From NCBI RefSeq assembly GCF_009914755.1, contig NC_060932.1: a DNA stretch of 64,000 bases; one strand, written 5' to 3'. Below, piece by piece: positions 29,977-44,076 of the stretch (the first letter of the stretch is position 1; every line of letters starts with the position of its first letter). The notes below the pieces were generated by a model. The model ran no database searches. It was given only the letters and a program-made list of their open reading frames with translations, and was not told the DNA's origin. The position numbers and the translations under genes are program-made. This DNA is from the human T2T-CHM13v2.0 reference genome, Homo sapiens.

Positions 29977-31654
29977 GTCTGCCCTCTGGCAACAAACTAC
30001 TTATATTCCTCCACTTCATAAAACATATTGACCCCTTTAAGGCCTGCTAAATGTTTCATCCCATATAAAACAGCATTCAGCTCAGGCTCAAGGTCCAGGA
30101 TCTCATCATCAGATCTAGGTGTGGATGAGGCTCTTTGGAAGTGATGCACAGGTTTCTTTTGGTCTGAAGGCTAGTCACTAAAAGACAAGTTATCTACTCA
30201 TCACACATCAAATAAACAATGTTGGGAAAGTCCTGAATTTGCGGGACCCAGTGCAAAATTAACAGGCAGGGCCCTTTCTTCAAATATTATTAAGAATTTG
30301 AAGATGGTGACAGCAGAGAACTAAGCTAAGCCCAAGGCCCTTCTTAGGATGGGCCCCTGAGCATTTGCACAGTTCATACACTCATGAGACCAGCCCTCCT
30401 TCCCATGCAGAAAGTAAGAAAAGAGGAAAGAAAGAACAGTCACTGGTATCTAGTAATTCTGATACCAGCTGAATCCACATTGCTATTTCCTGGTCTTGCG
30501 CTCAGAAGACTATCTGGGAGTTGTTTTCTAGGGTTCTAACTAAGCCCTGCCCTCTGGTATTCTATCTCTACTTTCTGAGTCACTCTTCCTTCTCCATATA
30601 CATAGCCCTTGTTTAAGTAGCTTCCTCTGTCTGATTAGTTTTTCAGTTAAGTAATTTTCTCAGCTTAACTTCTATTGGCAGACATTTGAGGTTCCAAAAG
30701 TCTTTTGTTTCTATATAACTTAGCGCCTAAGTTTTGTTTTGTTTCTATATAACTTAGTGCCTAAGACAGAAGAATTATTTTAAAATTTTGTGGATTTTTA
30801 AAAATATATGAAGTTATAGTATAGTCCATTAGACAAAAGTCAGGCCTACAAATGTTTTTTACATAAGCCTTTCTCTGCTTTGGGTCTCCAGAAGGCTGTT
30901 GTGAGATAATGTCCTTAAGATTCTTAAAAGCCTTAATATTTAAAGGGCAGGATCTGCAAGGCACATCCAAAAAACCCTTAGAAAGTCTTTTGCCTTTTTT
31001 CTCTCTCAAGGGATCTAGAAGGCACCAACTTAATTTTTTTTCTAATTTCCTAACAAAGGGTTTTATAGTCACAGCCTTGACCTCATCTCTGACCTGCCCA
31101 GAGGCCACATTTTCCTGACTGCACCCTGGATTTGATCTTTGCCCTAAAGACTTTTTTTTTTAAAGGTGAATATATATTGTATGGGATGGGGAGAATATGA
31201 AGCAGTTTTAATATCACATTCAGTAAGTCTTGGGTCCTTACATATCTTAATTTCTGCTTGAAACCTGAATTATTTTCTTCCTTTGCTCTTCTTTCTCTAT
31301 CTGTAACTGATGATATGCAGCTAAAAGAAACTAGTTGACACTTTTAATATTTTGCCAGGAAATTCCCTTAATCACCTCCATTAGTTCCTTAGGTATATTT
31401 TCTATTTTCCACATTATAGCAGGTAACAGTTTTGCTAAATTTCCCCCACTGTTCAACAGATTTCTCTTTTCCTCCAATTTTCAGTAACATTTTCTACTTG
31501 CCTTTAAGCCTCACCAACATCCTCCTGGAGACCTGTCAGGCTTCTGCTATCCATTTCTTCTGTAGCCTTCAAGTCCTTCCCATTTACCTAGTCTGAAAGC
31601 GACTGCCATTAAGTTTTATTGTTTCAGCGACATTCCATTTCTGATACCCATTTC
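29977..31654 (-). mobile_element. MaLR (MLT1) internal region
   Basis: PBS-like GAAATGGGTATCAGAAATGG at its 5' end, degenerate gag-like text (..ENWRKR..LAKLLPAIMWKIENIPKEL..), CCAGAGGGCAGAC directly before the 3' LTR. Confidence 0.8.
30228..30398 (-). mobile_element. MER45A (hAT-Tip100) DNA transposon
   Basis: TTTGCGGGACCCAGTGCAAAAT...TTATTAAGAATTTGAAGATGGTGACAGCAGAG...CAGCCCT, reverse of recalled MER45A. Confidence 0.8.
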
Positions 31655-32293
31655 TGTATCAATGAGGTTTCACTCAGAAAAGTAAAATCAGTGTGAGTGA
31701 CATTAAATTAGAGATCTGGCATTAGAATTAAAACTTACACAATTCTTGTTGCTGGTAGAAAAGTCCTTGCAAGACTTTTATCTCTGCATTTAGTGTTGGG
31801 TTTGACAAGGCTGTGGATCAGCTAGGCCTAGATTCAGGAAAGAAAGACGGATATAAGATGGAACAGAGCAGTGGCAAACTAAAACCTACAAGGCAAAATA
31901 GAATCTATGAGAACAAACTAGACTCCATGAGAAGAAGCTGGAAAGATGCAGGGGATGTGTAGATGCAGCCGATAGCTTTTGCCACAGAGATGTACGTGCA
32001 CCTGGCATAGGACTTAGAGCAGCTGAAGAAGGAGAGTAGATGAAAGCTGGTAGAACTACCGGCCCAAGTGCTACCCACACCAACAGGTGAGCTAGCAGAT
32101 AAATGGTAGGGAGGAGCTGCCACAGTGCCTGCTACCCACACTGACCTCAGGAGCTGCTGCTGCTTCTTTTCCCCCTTCCAAATCTCACACAAATTTCCCT
32201 TGTGCTCAATGCTATCTTAGAACAACCCAGGGAAGGGAATTCTAGGAAGTATAGTCCAGCTCAGCTAAGTTGGTAGAATACAGAGCTACTACT
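31655..32293 (-). mobile_element. ERVL LTR, LTR41/LTR33-like, sitting as the 5' LTR of the MaLR internal region
   Basis: Minus strand has CAACTTAGCTGAGCTGGACTATACTTCCTAGAATTCCCTTCCC...GTGAGATTTGGAAGG...GAAGCAGCAGC and ends GAAACCTCATTGATACA. Confidence 0.75.
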
Positions 32294-32430
32294 GAAGACT
32301 TCCTGGAAGACATGTTATTTGAATTGGATCTTTCACAAATGAGGACTTAGCCAAATAAAGATGGAAAGGCAAAGAGGGTATCATAATCAAAGACATGCAT
32401 TCAAAGAATAGCAGGGTAAATTCAGAGAAA
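32294..32430 (-). mobile_element. L2 fragment (right part)
   Basis: GAAGACTTCCTGGAAGACATGTTATTTGAATTGGATCTT. Confidence 0.6.
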
Positions 32431-32439
32431 AAAACGGAC

Positions 32440-32548
32440 ACTGGAATGTCAGCTCAACAGGAGAAGAGACTGGATCTGTTTCACTCCAAAGCCTACAACA
32501 GAATGCTACACTTAGTAGGTGCCCCATAATTATATGTTGAATAAATAA
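32440..32548 (+). mobile_element. L2 3' terminus
   Basis: CTGGAATGTCAGCTC...TAGTAGGTGCCCCATAATTATATGTTGAATAAATAA. Confidence 0.65.
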
Positions 32549-33521
32549 TTATGTAGATTAAACACACTGTCAGAGACAGACAGTGGCAGGATTTGAAATG
32601 GCAAATTTGCCATGGACTGACTCATATAAGATCTTATACATGACTCAAAAAAAAAAAAATAAGGTGGGCAAAAGATTGGTGAATTATGGTCTGGTCTAAG
32701 AGTGGGTTAAAGCAATGAGAAAACTTTTCACCGGTCTCGGGGAAAAAAAAAAAAAGTCTTAAACTAAGGCAACAGAGGGAGACTTTGATACTGGCTGGGA
32801 AAAGGGTGAGAAAGCTGTGGCTCAAGCTAAGTTTTAACAGAATGTTCCAAAGTGCCTTTAATAAAGAAATTTTCCTAGCAACTGTTCAAACATTTCTTGT
32901 CCCATTTAATGGGAATAAAAACAAATCATTTCGATCATTATTTCTGAGAAAATTTGTTACATCTAATGCTGACCACCACCTGAATATATTAAACTTTTTC
33001 TTCCTACTTTTTGTGGTATTTTTTTCTCCCAGTTCTCTCATTTATGAAACAAAACAGATTTCTTTGTCAGTGAAGCACAGTATATTATATAGGTAGAGTG
33101 TTTTTTTTCTTACACTTGAAATTCATAACTCCTAAGGGGCCATCCAGCTGAATTTATATTTCCATATGGTTACAGAAAAAATGACCGGCCACTGAGAAAG
33201 ATAAAGACATTTTCCAGTCAGCCATTAACATCTGAACACATATAGTTTGTTTTATTTGGCACTTGGTCTTTGCTTTTTAAACTCCAAAGCAATGCTAATT
33301 TAATAATACAGAAGACAGTTCAATAACAGGAAAACTATTTTGCCCTTACCAGAGCCTCTGCACAATTTAAGATCTTTTCAACTCTCAGTCAAGAAAGCCA
33401 GAAATCCCTTTGGTCACAGGAGGAAATGGTTTCTGAATCCTCCCTGGCAAAATACAGGAATTACACCCGCCTATCATGTATTCATGAGGGCCCTGCTAAA
33501 CCCATTTAGCAACCTACATCA

Positions 33522-33851
<330 letters not shown>

Positions 33852-34347
33852 AAATTTGCTTCTAAAGCATTTTTCTCTGAGAATACCTACAGGGAAAGAT
33901 GATCTCTATATACTCTCACAGTTTTTGGCAGAAAAAGAACTTGTGATAAGCACTGGAGGGTGGACTTCTTAGTTCTCCCTAGATGTCTTTCCTCTATTTG
34001 ACAATATCAGGGTTCAGATTTTAGGGCTTCCAGCTTCTCTAAGCAATATGAGCAGGTTTGTGCAAGTGCTGATCCCAATCATAGCCTTTAGCAAGCACAT
34101 GGGATTGATGTGATATCAGATCACAGACATTTAATATATCAGCATACTTGTATCAATAGGTTGCTCTCTGGCTTGTAAATAAATCACATTTGCCTTCTCT
34201 AATTGTCTTCAAAATGTGCTCAAGACTTACTTCCTCATGAACCTTGAGTTCATCATCCACAACCAATTATCCAATAAGAGCCCAGTTCCCACTGTTTCCC
34301 ATATAGCCTTTTTAGCCTGGAGAGAATCCTTAACCTCCTCCAAAATA

Positions 34348-34382
34348 TGTGTGAGTGTGTGAGTGTGTGTGTGTGTGTGTGT
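34348..34382. repeat. (TG)n microsatellite
   Basis: TGTGTGAGTGTG...GTGT. Confidence 0.85.
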
Positions 34383-35069
34383 ACTTCTGCTACCACTATT
34401 TGAAAACTATTCAAATAGTGACTATATTCAAACAGTGACTATTCATAGTCACTACTGTGCAATATTAACATATATTTATGAAGAGTTTTTAAAGCACAGA
34501 TAATGTTTATTTTCACACTGGTTCATATATTGACCATCATTGGAAATTCACCAGGAAAAATTAGGAAGATTTGAGAGCTGACAGAAAGTGTCAGTGACTT
34601 CGGTAGTCCAAGATAAAGTAGAGCCGCCAAAGGAGGGGATGGGCTCTGGATCGCAGCTGTAGGGAAGTCCAGATTGATGTTTACAACTGGCTTGCATCTT
34701 CACATCTGCAAGCCTTGGATGGTGATTTCTTCCTCAGCTGCGGTCTGGATTTGGGCATGGTATCAAGGTGAGAGGGTATTTGATGCAGGATAATTTTCAC
34801 TAATTTAAGAAAGCCCAGAGATAGGATATAAGTTCATGTCTGAATGCCCTCAAGAAAACTTTATATGTGTGTCCAGGGAGTATTCTGGGAGAAAGTGAGA
34901 AAGCTTGGAAAGGAAGAGAGCTTGGAGATTTTCCCCAAGGAAATCTGTATAGTGAGTAAAGATAAAAATTCCTTTTATGTTCCTATTTGTTTGTATTCTG
35001 CTTCTGAGGGACAAGCAAGAGGCAAAATAAAAATTAAGAAAGATTTTTTACCCCAGCACCAGTCTCCAA

Positions 35070-35370
35070 CCCTTTCAGCATTTAAAACATTCAGCAATGC
35101 CACATAATATATGTTTCCTGTCCTCAGGGAGCCCATAAAATGTCAGGGGATATGCAAGGTAAAATGAAGTTTGAAGTGTACATCACACTATGGAAGGGAA
35201 GCAGGAGGAGCCACAGATTCTAGCTGAATTCTTCCCTGAGATAGCGGAGTGATCATGTGGGAGGTGGCATTTGACTTGAAGATTGCAGCGTGAGTAACTG
35301 CCTGACTCAGAAGAGTGGGAGAAGGGCTCTGGACACTTGAGCCTCGGCAGAAGTGTATGGTAAACCACAC
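35070..35370 (-). mobile_element. L2 fragment
   Basis: TTCCTGTCCTCAGGGAGCCCA...GGAGGTGGCATTTGACTTGAAG. Confidence 0.5.
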
Positions 35371-36664
35371 TTTGTCTCCCCCTTATCCTCGAAGGTAAAT
35401 GTCAAGTTTTCTAATTCTTTTGAACGTTCTTAACTAGCCTTTATGGGCACACTCAGTATCTTAGAGAATAAAACAGTTGATGGAAACTTGCCCTCACAGT
35501 GTTCCAGTCCACGTCCAGAACAGGAGCATTGTGATGGCTTCTTGTCTCACACAAGAAATTTCCTCATAAGAGTGCCACCACACACTCTTGAAACCATCAT
35601 AGCTACAGAGAAAATGGGTTAAATGCTAGAAAATTTGCCCTCAAAGACTTCCTATCATGTCTTATGAATGTTGCTCAGAAAAGCCCAATCTTGCTCATGT
35701 ATAAAGAAGCCCTAGTGAACGCTTCTATAATATCCCAGTGTTTGAGGACCCAAGTCCTTTTAAACACTGCAAACAAGAAATGTGAGATCTCCCTCAACAA
35801 TTCTGTATTGAACGCTGTAGGTGTTCACCAGCATCTCTCAGCCCTGACCATTTGGGGAGGTGTATCTGCTGTTTCACTGTACTCCTCAGTTATTGTTGCT
35901 ACAATCTCTGGCTCATCAGACACACCAGACAGGGTCACATTCAAATTAAGGAACTGTACTCGATCTAAATAAGAAAACAGCAGGACAACTGTCATATAGG
36001 TATCTTTAAGTGTGCAATATTTAAAGGTTAGATATCATCCATATGGGTAACATTCTTGAAAGGAAACTTCTACCTTGTATTCCTCTATAAAATCTGAACA
36101 AAATCATATAATAATAACAACATAAAATATTTTGTGATTATTAAAGTATAGGTATATAAATGTTCATATAATTGCCATCTTTAAGATTTTAAAAAGAAGT
36201 TTATATTTTCAGAAATTTTTTTATCTTTTTTCTTTTTCTATATTTGTGCTTATTGATGCTTTTTGCAGATTTTGCTTTTGTTTGAATATACTAATGACCA
36301 TATCTATTTTTTAAATTGTATATAAAGTCTCACAAACCTGTTCTATATTAAAAGAGGGAACTGATCTAGGAAGGATGTTGAAAAATCATTTCCACATTCC
36401 CCTTAAATGTCCCTTAGCTTTGCTGCACAATTAATGTGGTCTCCAAATAGAAATCTGAACTGCACTGGAAACACAGAAGAAACTTGGAGCATTTGTTTTT
36501 ATGATTTTTAAAAAATACTTTTCTAGTTTAGCTTGGAACGTAACACAGGTATGGAATATTGTTCATGTAGACAGATATCTTAAAATAATTTTCCCAAGAA
36601 ATGGAACACCTTCCTAAGAACAATTTGAACTCTTTCATTTGTTTTAGGTGCCAACACCAAAGAG

Positions 36665-37651
36665 TATCGGGGGAACCAGCCCCCCATATTTCAACGTAGG
36701 TTTTCTATTTTCCCTAAGTGTTGGCTGGTCTGAGAAATAGAGAAAGAGTACAAAAGAAAGAAATTTTAAAGCTGGGTGTCTGGGAGTGACATCACATGTC
36801 AGCAGGTTCCGTGATACCCACCTGAGCCACAAAACCAGCAAGTTTTTATCATGGATTTCAAAAGGGGAGGGAATGTATGAATAGAGTGTGGGTCGTGGAG
36901 ATCACATGCCTCAAAGGCAAGAAAATATCACAAGGCAAATGGGGGCAGAGCAAGATCACAAGGCCAGGGCAAAATTAGAATTACTAATGAGGTTCCATGT
37001 CCCGCTGTGCACACATTGTCATTAATAAACATCTTAGCAGGAAACAGGGTTCAAGAGCAGAGAACTGGTCTGACTAGAATTTGCCAGGCTGGAATTTCCT
37101 AATCCTAGAAAGCCTGGGGACGCTGCAGGAGACCAGGGCGTATTTCATTCCTTATCTACAACTGCATAAGACAGGCACTCCCAGAGCAGACATTTTAGAG
37201 GCTTCCCCCTGGGAGTGCATTCTTTTCCCAGGGCTGTTCCTTGCTGAGAAAAAGAATTCAGCAATATTTCTCTTATTCACTTTTGCAAGAAGAGAAATAT
37301 GACTCTGCTCTGCCTGGCCCTGCAGGCAGTCAGGCTTTATGGTTATCTCCCTTGTTCCCTGAAAATCACTGTGATCCTGTTCCTTTTCTAGGTGCCCAGA
37401 TTTCACATTGTTCAAACACACATGCTGTACAATTTGTGCAGATAATGCAATCATCACAGGATCCTGAGGTGACATACATCCTCAGCTTATGAAGATGACA
37501 GGATTAAGAGATTAAAGTAAAGACAGGCATGGGAAATTATAAGAGTATTGATTGGGGAAGTGATCAATGTACATGAAATCTTCATAATTTATGTTCGTCT
37601 GCTGTGGCTTCAGCTGGTCCCTCCATTCGGGGTCCCTGACTTCCCACAACA
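36665..37651 (-). mobile_element. HERV-K(HML-8) solo LTR MER11 (MER11A-like)
   Basis: Minus strand starts TGTTGTGGGAAGTCAGGGACCCCGAATGGAGGGACC and ends GCTGGTTCCCCCGATA; perfect 6-bp TSD AAAGAG. Confidence 0.92.
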
Positions 37652-38422
37652 AAAGAGCAAAGTTATGACCAGAGATAATGATTACTGTGATATTTATTTT
37701 TATATAGTTGTATACATATCAGGCATTTTAACAATCATTGGTTGCTATATTTCTGTTTATTCCTATATTTATAACTTTCTGGTGATATGGGGTAAACTTT
37801 TTTAATGCAATATGCGCAAAATAAAGCCTACTCAATGAGAATTTGTTTTTCTGTCCCTTTGTACACCAGCAACAAGCTTTGCATTTTTTAATGAAATGAT
37901 TCTCTTTGTTATACTTTATCTATTAAAAGAGGAATTTATTTGAATTGAATCCACAGAACTTCCGCCTTAAAAATATTTTTCCATTTTAACAGTTGAACTG
38001 TAATTAATTCTCTGAGCCTCCATAAATCTAGGTGAATAGTCATTCCTTAATTAAGAGATCACATTTTCCAGACTTGTCAGGAACTCCTACTGAATTTGTG
38101 TACTGGCTCTCACAGTGCCAACAAAAAAGGAAAACACAACACAACAAATGTATGATCATCCTTTATTAGGTAAAGAAAGTTTGGGAAAAAGATGGTGGGA
38201 GAGCTAAAAATATAACCCTAAATTACAGTGTAGATACATTAATTCCACTCTGTTTTCCAAGACATATGAACCCATTGTGGATTGACAGAGGTCAAGATGC
38301 AGCAGTCATGAGGAATGAAGGCATGTCCCTGGGTAATTGGGCAGAATCTTGTTTGCCTCTTCTTAACTTTTCAGACCACTAAGAACTGCCATGATTTATC
38401 TGATCAGTTGAAATCTGCTTTA

Positions 38423-38799
<377 letters not shown>

Positions 38800-38859
38800 T
38801 CAAAGTGGGAATGAAAATGAGAGTTAACACTTTACCTTGGCCTCAGAAATACCCTAAGA

Positions 38860-39110
38860 AGTTTACATGTATACATCAATTCATTTAATTCTTTGAGCAA
38901 TATTTAGATTGGTGCAAAATGAAAGTAATGGCAAAAAACTGCAATTACTTTTGCACCAACCTAAACATCAGGAAGTTACCATTATTATCTCCATTTTACA
39001 GTGGAGACTTAAACACTTAAGGAATGTGCTCATGATCTTTCAGCAAGTAGAGAAAACGAAGTTTGAATCTAACTTTAACTGTGTACTTAACCAGTATGCT
39101 ATAAACTGCC
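38860..39110 (-). mobile_element. MIR SINE (contains MADE1)
   Basis: TCATTTAATTCTT...ATTATTATCTCCATTTTACAGTGGAGAC. Confidence 0.7.
38904..38964. mobile_element. MADE1 (Hsmar1 MITE), internally deleted
   Basis: TTAGATTGGTGCAAAA...TGAAAGTAATGGCAAAAAACTGCAATTACTTTTGCACCAACCTAA; TIRs present. Confidence 0.85.
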
Positions 39111-39989
39111 TCCCTGTTTCACAATTCTTCAGTAGAAGCATGGCTGTTTTGAAAGGCCAAGACTGTGTTATTGCGGCAAGAGTGAAGGTTTTAAAGGAAA
39201 CTGTTCAAAGTCAATTTCATTGAGACTTAAGAAACAAAATATGATCACTTTTAAACTTAGATCTAATTTTTTTTTCAAAATACTACTTTTGTTATGCACA
39301 TCAATTTTTCATGTAGCTAAATATACTTTTTAATTGAAGATGTATTTTCAACCAATATTGAGCTTCAACCACTGTTCAAATTTTATCTGCCCTTAACTGA
39401 GATTAGCTCAAACTTTGTGTTTGAATAAAAGCGTTGAGTTATTAAAAAAATAATTCCTTTGCCTCTTGAGCAGAAGGAGTTTTTAGTACCCCAAAAGTAC
39501 AGGAGATACATGGGACCAGAAATTAAATTGTAATGCTTGGTTAGGATCAAGTTTTAAAAGACTCTTGAAAACATATGAGGATATTTTATTCAAAGAGTCT
39601 TTTGGAGCTATCCAGGGATTATAAGCAGTGGACCTGCAATATGTAATTATGCTTCCTACATATGATTATATATAGGCTTAGCTACAAGAATGTGTTGACC
39701 AGTATGTTGATCACCCTCTTATACCTAGTGTTTAACAAGCAGTGTTATTAAATTTGAAATAATAAATCAATTGATAGCACAGAGAAAGCTTGAAAGAAGA
39801 AATAGAAGAGTACATGAGAGATGAAAAAGGCCTGATCTGAATTGGTAGTAGTGAGGTGAAGATAAAGAAACTAACAAGAAAATCTTTATTGTCCAGGTGA
39901 ATCATGTTGATTTAGGTTTTTAGACATCTCCTCATTCATTCTCAGGTTTGCTTTGCCTCTTTCTCTGCCACTGCCTCTCTGCTGTCATG

Positions 39990-40200
39990 AAAAAGAACAC
40001 TGAGGTTAAATTCGGAGTAACTTCTAGCCTAGTTGCTATGTATTAGGTAATGAGACTATGAATTTTTGTTGCGCCTTAGTTTCCACACCTCTGAGATGAG
40101 TTAAAAGTAATACTTAACTCAAAGGGTATTTATGAGGCTTGTGATATGTGAAAAAAGTGGAACAAAGCATTCAATGATTTGTTTGATCTGAATATAATTT
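39990..40200 (+). mobile_element. MIR SINE
   Basis: GCCTTAGTTTCCACACC...GGGTATTTATGAGGCTT..AAGCATTCAATGATT. Confidence 0.55.
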
Positions 40201-40444
40201 ATTATGAAGGAAGTGCGATTTAACTTGCAGTCAATACAAAACCCTTGTGAAAATAAGCGTAACACAGCTATTCTTACGTGTGTCCATAAAGTATACTTCG
40301 TTAAAATTTTAAAACATAAGAATAACATTAATAGTGTAAGCAAAACATTTATAAGTTCCAAACTGTGAGAATATGAAAAGTTAAACATTTGTGTCACTTT
40401 AAAAAGGTAGCTTGATTTATTCAAGCTTAAAATAATTAGTGAGG

Positions 40445-41986
40445 CAGAACTAAAAAACAAAAACAAAAAAACTATTCCGAAATTCATATGGAACCAAAAA
40501 AGATCCCAAATAGCCAAAGCAATCCTGATCAAAAAGAGCAAAACCAGAGACATCACAATACCAGACTTCAAACTATACTACAGAGCCACAGTAACCAAAC
40601 AGTATGGTACTGCTACAAAAACAGACACATAGACCAATGTAACAGGATAGAGAACCCAGAAATAAAGCCACACACCTACAGCCATCTGCTCTTCAGTGAA
40701 GGTGGCAATAACAAGCAATGGGGAAAGGACTCCCTATTCAATAAATGGTGCTGGGATAACTGGCTAGCCATATGCAGAAGACTGAAACTGGACCCACACC
40801 TTTTACCTTATATAAAACTTAACTCAAGATGGATTAAAGACTTAAATGTAAGACCTAACTGTAAAAAAATCCTAGAAGAAAATCTAGGAAATACCATTCT
40901 GGACACTGGGTTTGACAAATAATTTATGACTCAGTTCCAACAAGCAATTGCAACAAAAACAAACATTGACAACATGGGACCTCATTAAATTAAAGAGCTT
41001 CTGCACAGCAAAGGAAACTATTAACAGCATAAATAGGCAACCTATAGAGTGGGAGAAAATATTCACAAACTGTATTTGACAAAGGTCTAATATTTAGAAC
41101 CTATAAGGAACCTAATTCAACAAGCAAAAAGCAAATAACCCCATTAAAAAATGGACAAAGGACATAAGTAGATACTTCTTAACAGAAGACACATATGCAA
41201 CCAACAAAGATATTAAAAAGTCTCAATATCACTAATCATTAGAGAAATGCAAATCAAAACCACAATGAGATACTATCTCCTACCAGTCAAAATGGCTATA
41301 ATTAAAATGTCAAAAATTAACAGATGTTGGTGAGGTTGCAGAGAAAAGGGAACACTTATACGTGTTGGCAGGAATGTAAATTAGTTCAGCCACTGTGGAA
41401 AGCCATTTGGAGATTTCTCAAAGAACTTAAAACTATCATTCAACCCAGAAATCCCATTACTGGGTATATACCCAATAGAAAATAAATCATCCTACCAAAA
41501 GACACATGCACTTGAATGTTCACTGCAGCATTATTCACATTAGCAAAGACATGGAAGCAACCTAGATGCCCACCAACCATGGACTGCATAAATAAAATAT
41601 GGTACATGTATACCATGGAATACTATGCAGCCATAAAAAGGATGAAATCATGTCCTTTGCAGTAACATGAACACAGCTGGAGGCCACTATACAAGGCAAA
41701 TTAAGTCAGAAACTGAAAACCAAAGACTGAGTGGGAGCTAAATAATGAGTACACACAGACACAAAGATGAGAACAGTAGATATTAGGAACTACTAGATGG
41801 AGGACAGTGGGAAAGAGGCAAGAGTCGAAAAACTATCTGGTACTATGCTCACTACCTGGGTGACAGAAGTATCCCTACACCAAACCTCAGCAACATGCAA
41901 TTTACCCATGTAACAAACCTGCACATGTACCCTCTGAACCTAAAATAAAAGAAAAAACAATGAAAACAACACCAACTATAACAACA
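40445..41986 (+). mobile_element. 5'-truncated L1PA15/16-like (ORF2 C-terminus and 3'UTR), disabled
   Basis: ORF track 40488-40922 ..[33 protein letters not shown].. is L1 ORF2; 3'UTR CATGTAACAAACCTGCACATGTACC; TSD AATTAGTGAGG at 40434 and 41987. Confidence 0.93.
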
Positions 41987-42847
41987 AATTAGTGAGGTGG
42001 TTAGAAGTACAGGCTTTAGACCATGATGGGCCTAGTTTTGTCATTAGTAGAATATGCGGAGCGATAGCAATTTCACATGGTTACTATACAGATTAAAAAT
42101 ATATGCTTTATTGAGATATAACAAATGCTCAATCAATGCTACTTTTTTAGACCTGAAGTTAATATATATTATCTTTTCAAAATCATATCAATTTTTAGAA
42201 TCCTAGCTGATAAATTTTTGAATATTTATTTACCTAAAGTGACTTACAGATGACTCCACACAACATTGTCTACAGAACTATGGTGCCAAAGCACAGATGT
42301 TTTGTTTCATATGAATGTGTCTTCTGAGCCTAGGTCATTACTGATGGAGTTCCTGTTACCAGTTATGTCAGCTTTGACATAGTCCAAAGGGCGTATATAG
42401 AAGCATCTCAAAAATAGTTTTATCATCCTAAAGCTTTGTTGGTTGTAAGTTTAGTTTCTGTGTTCCTTCCATACTATTTTTTGAAATTTTTATATTTTTT
42501 ACCGGAAGACTTTTGTTTCTCAAAAACTTAAACTCTATTTCTATAAACTAAATTAAAATAAATAAAAATCATGAAATTCTAGCTCTAAACATGCACATTA
42601 TTCTTATGTTTTAAATCATTCATAAAATTTTTATATGAACAGAATGGCCCACAAAAGATAAATCCATAACTACTTTCTGTATTTTGTCTGTTATCACTTG
42701 AGATAAAATATTGCAGCTTTTGTATTTCTTTTCTTAGAATATATCCATACCACACATTAGTAGGGAATCTTGTTTGAGGAATTCTTTCCCAAATTTAAGT
42801 TTTGGCTAACAAAGGAGTACAGTGGATGACAATGTTATGCTTTACGT

Positions 42848-43027
42848 TAGTGATTCTCTATCCAGGCCATATAGTAACATCACCTGAGAACTTGTAAGAT
42901 ACACTTCTTCCAGCAGAACCATCCAATGCCAATTTAAATCTGAATTCCAGGGGTGGGTCCCAAACATGGAATTTTTTCTTATCCTAGTTTCCCAGATGGT
43001 TCTGATTTACAGAGAAAAAGCCACTGC
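42848..43027. mobile_element. MER5 (hAT-Charlie) MITE
   Basis: AGTGATTCTC..ATCACCTGAG...GGGGTGGGTCCCAAAC...TTCCCAGATGGTTCTGAT..CCACTG. Confidence 0.65.
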
Positions 43028-43559
43028 TTTACACTTGAGAACCCTCAAAAACATGACTGATCTTTTTTATTTCAGATTTTAGACAATGCTACACCTACAC
43101 AGGTTTAAGTCCTACCACTTTCAGTTGTTTCCCTGACCTTTGACTTTTACACATTTTGTTTGCTACAGGTTTGCTGCATATGGTTGGCACACTGTGCACT
43201 GGACAATGGAATGTGGCTGACCAGGCATTGGGAGAGATGGAAATCCAACCCGCTGAATGCTCACAACCGTGCAATCTACCATTCCCCTCATGAACGGATG
43301 CCCTTGTCCTACTTACTGCATGGACTAGCTGCAGTTCTGTGAACATAAATAAGAATTTGTGAGTTTCTGTTTTGTTTCTAGCGACTTTTTTTTTCAAAAA
43401 TTCAATTTCTAACCAAACTGTACATGTAGAAACAAAGAGAAATAATCAATTAGGTCAATAAGAATTTGTTTACTTGGTTTTATGGTTTTTTTCTCTACCA
43501 ATTGAATTCCTTTATTAATAAAGGAATTTATAACTTGTAGTTCAAGAAATAATTGTAAA

Positions 43560-43695
43560 ATATCAGAAAGAGCATTGGACTAGGAAATAGAAATCCAAAC
43601 ACTAGTTACTGGCCTTCTGATCATGTACAAATCACTTGAGTCTCTAAGCCTTAGTTTCCCCAACTTTGAAATGAAAGAAAAATGTATGTTTTCTG

Positions 43696-43720
<25 letters not shown>
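43560..43720 (+). mobile_element. MIR SINE
   Basis: AAAGAGCATTGGACTAGGA...CAAATCACTTGAGTCTCTAAGCCTTAGTTTCCCC. Confidence 0.7.

Positions 43721-44076
<356 letters not shown>

Noticed and set aside
35540-35900. Possible very old LTR remnant
   Set aside because: No family, termini or TSD could be identified by eye.
40119-40922. 144-aa (+) and 150-aa (-) ORFs
   Set aside because: Sense and partly antisense readings of a truncated, frameshifted L1 ORF2; not host genes.
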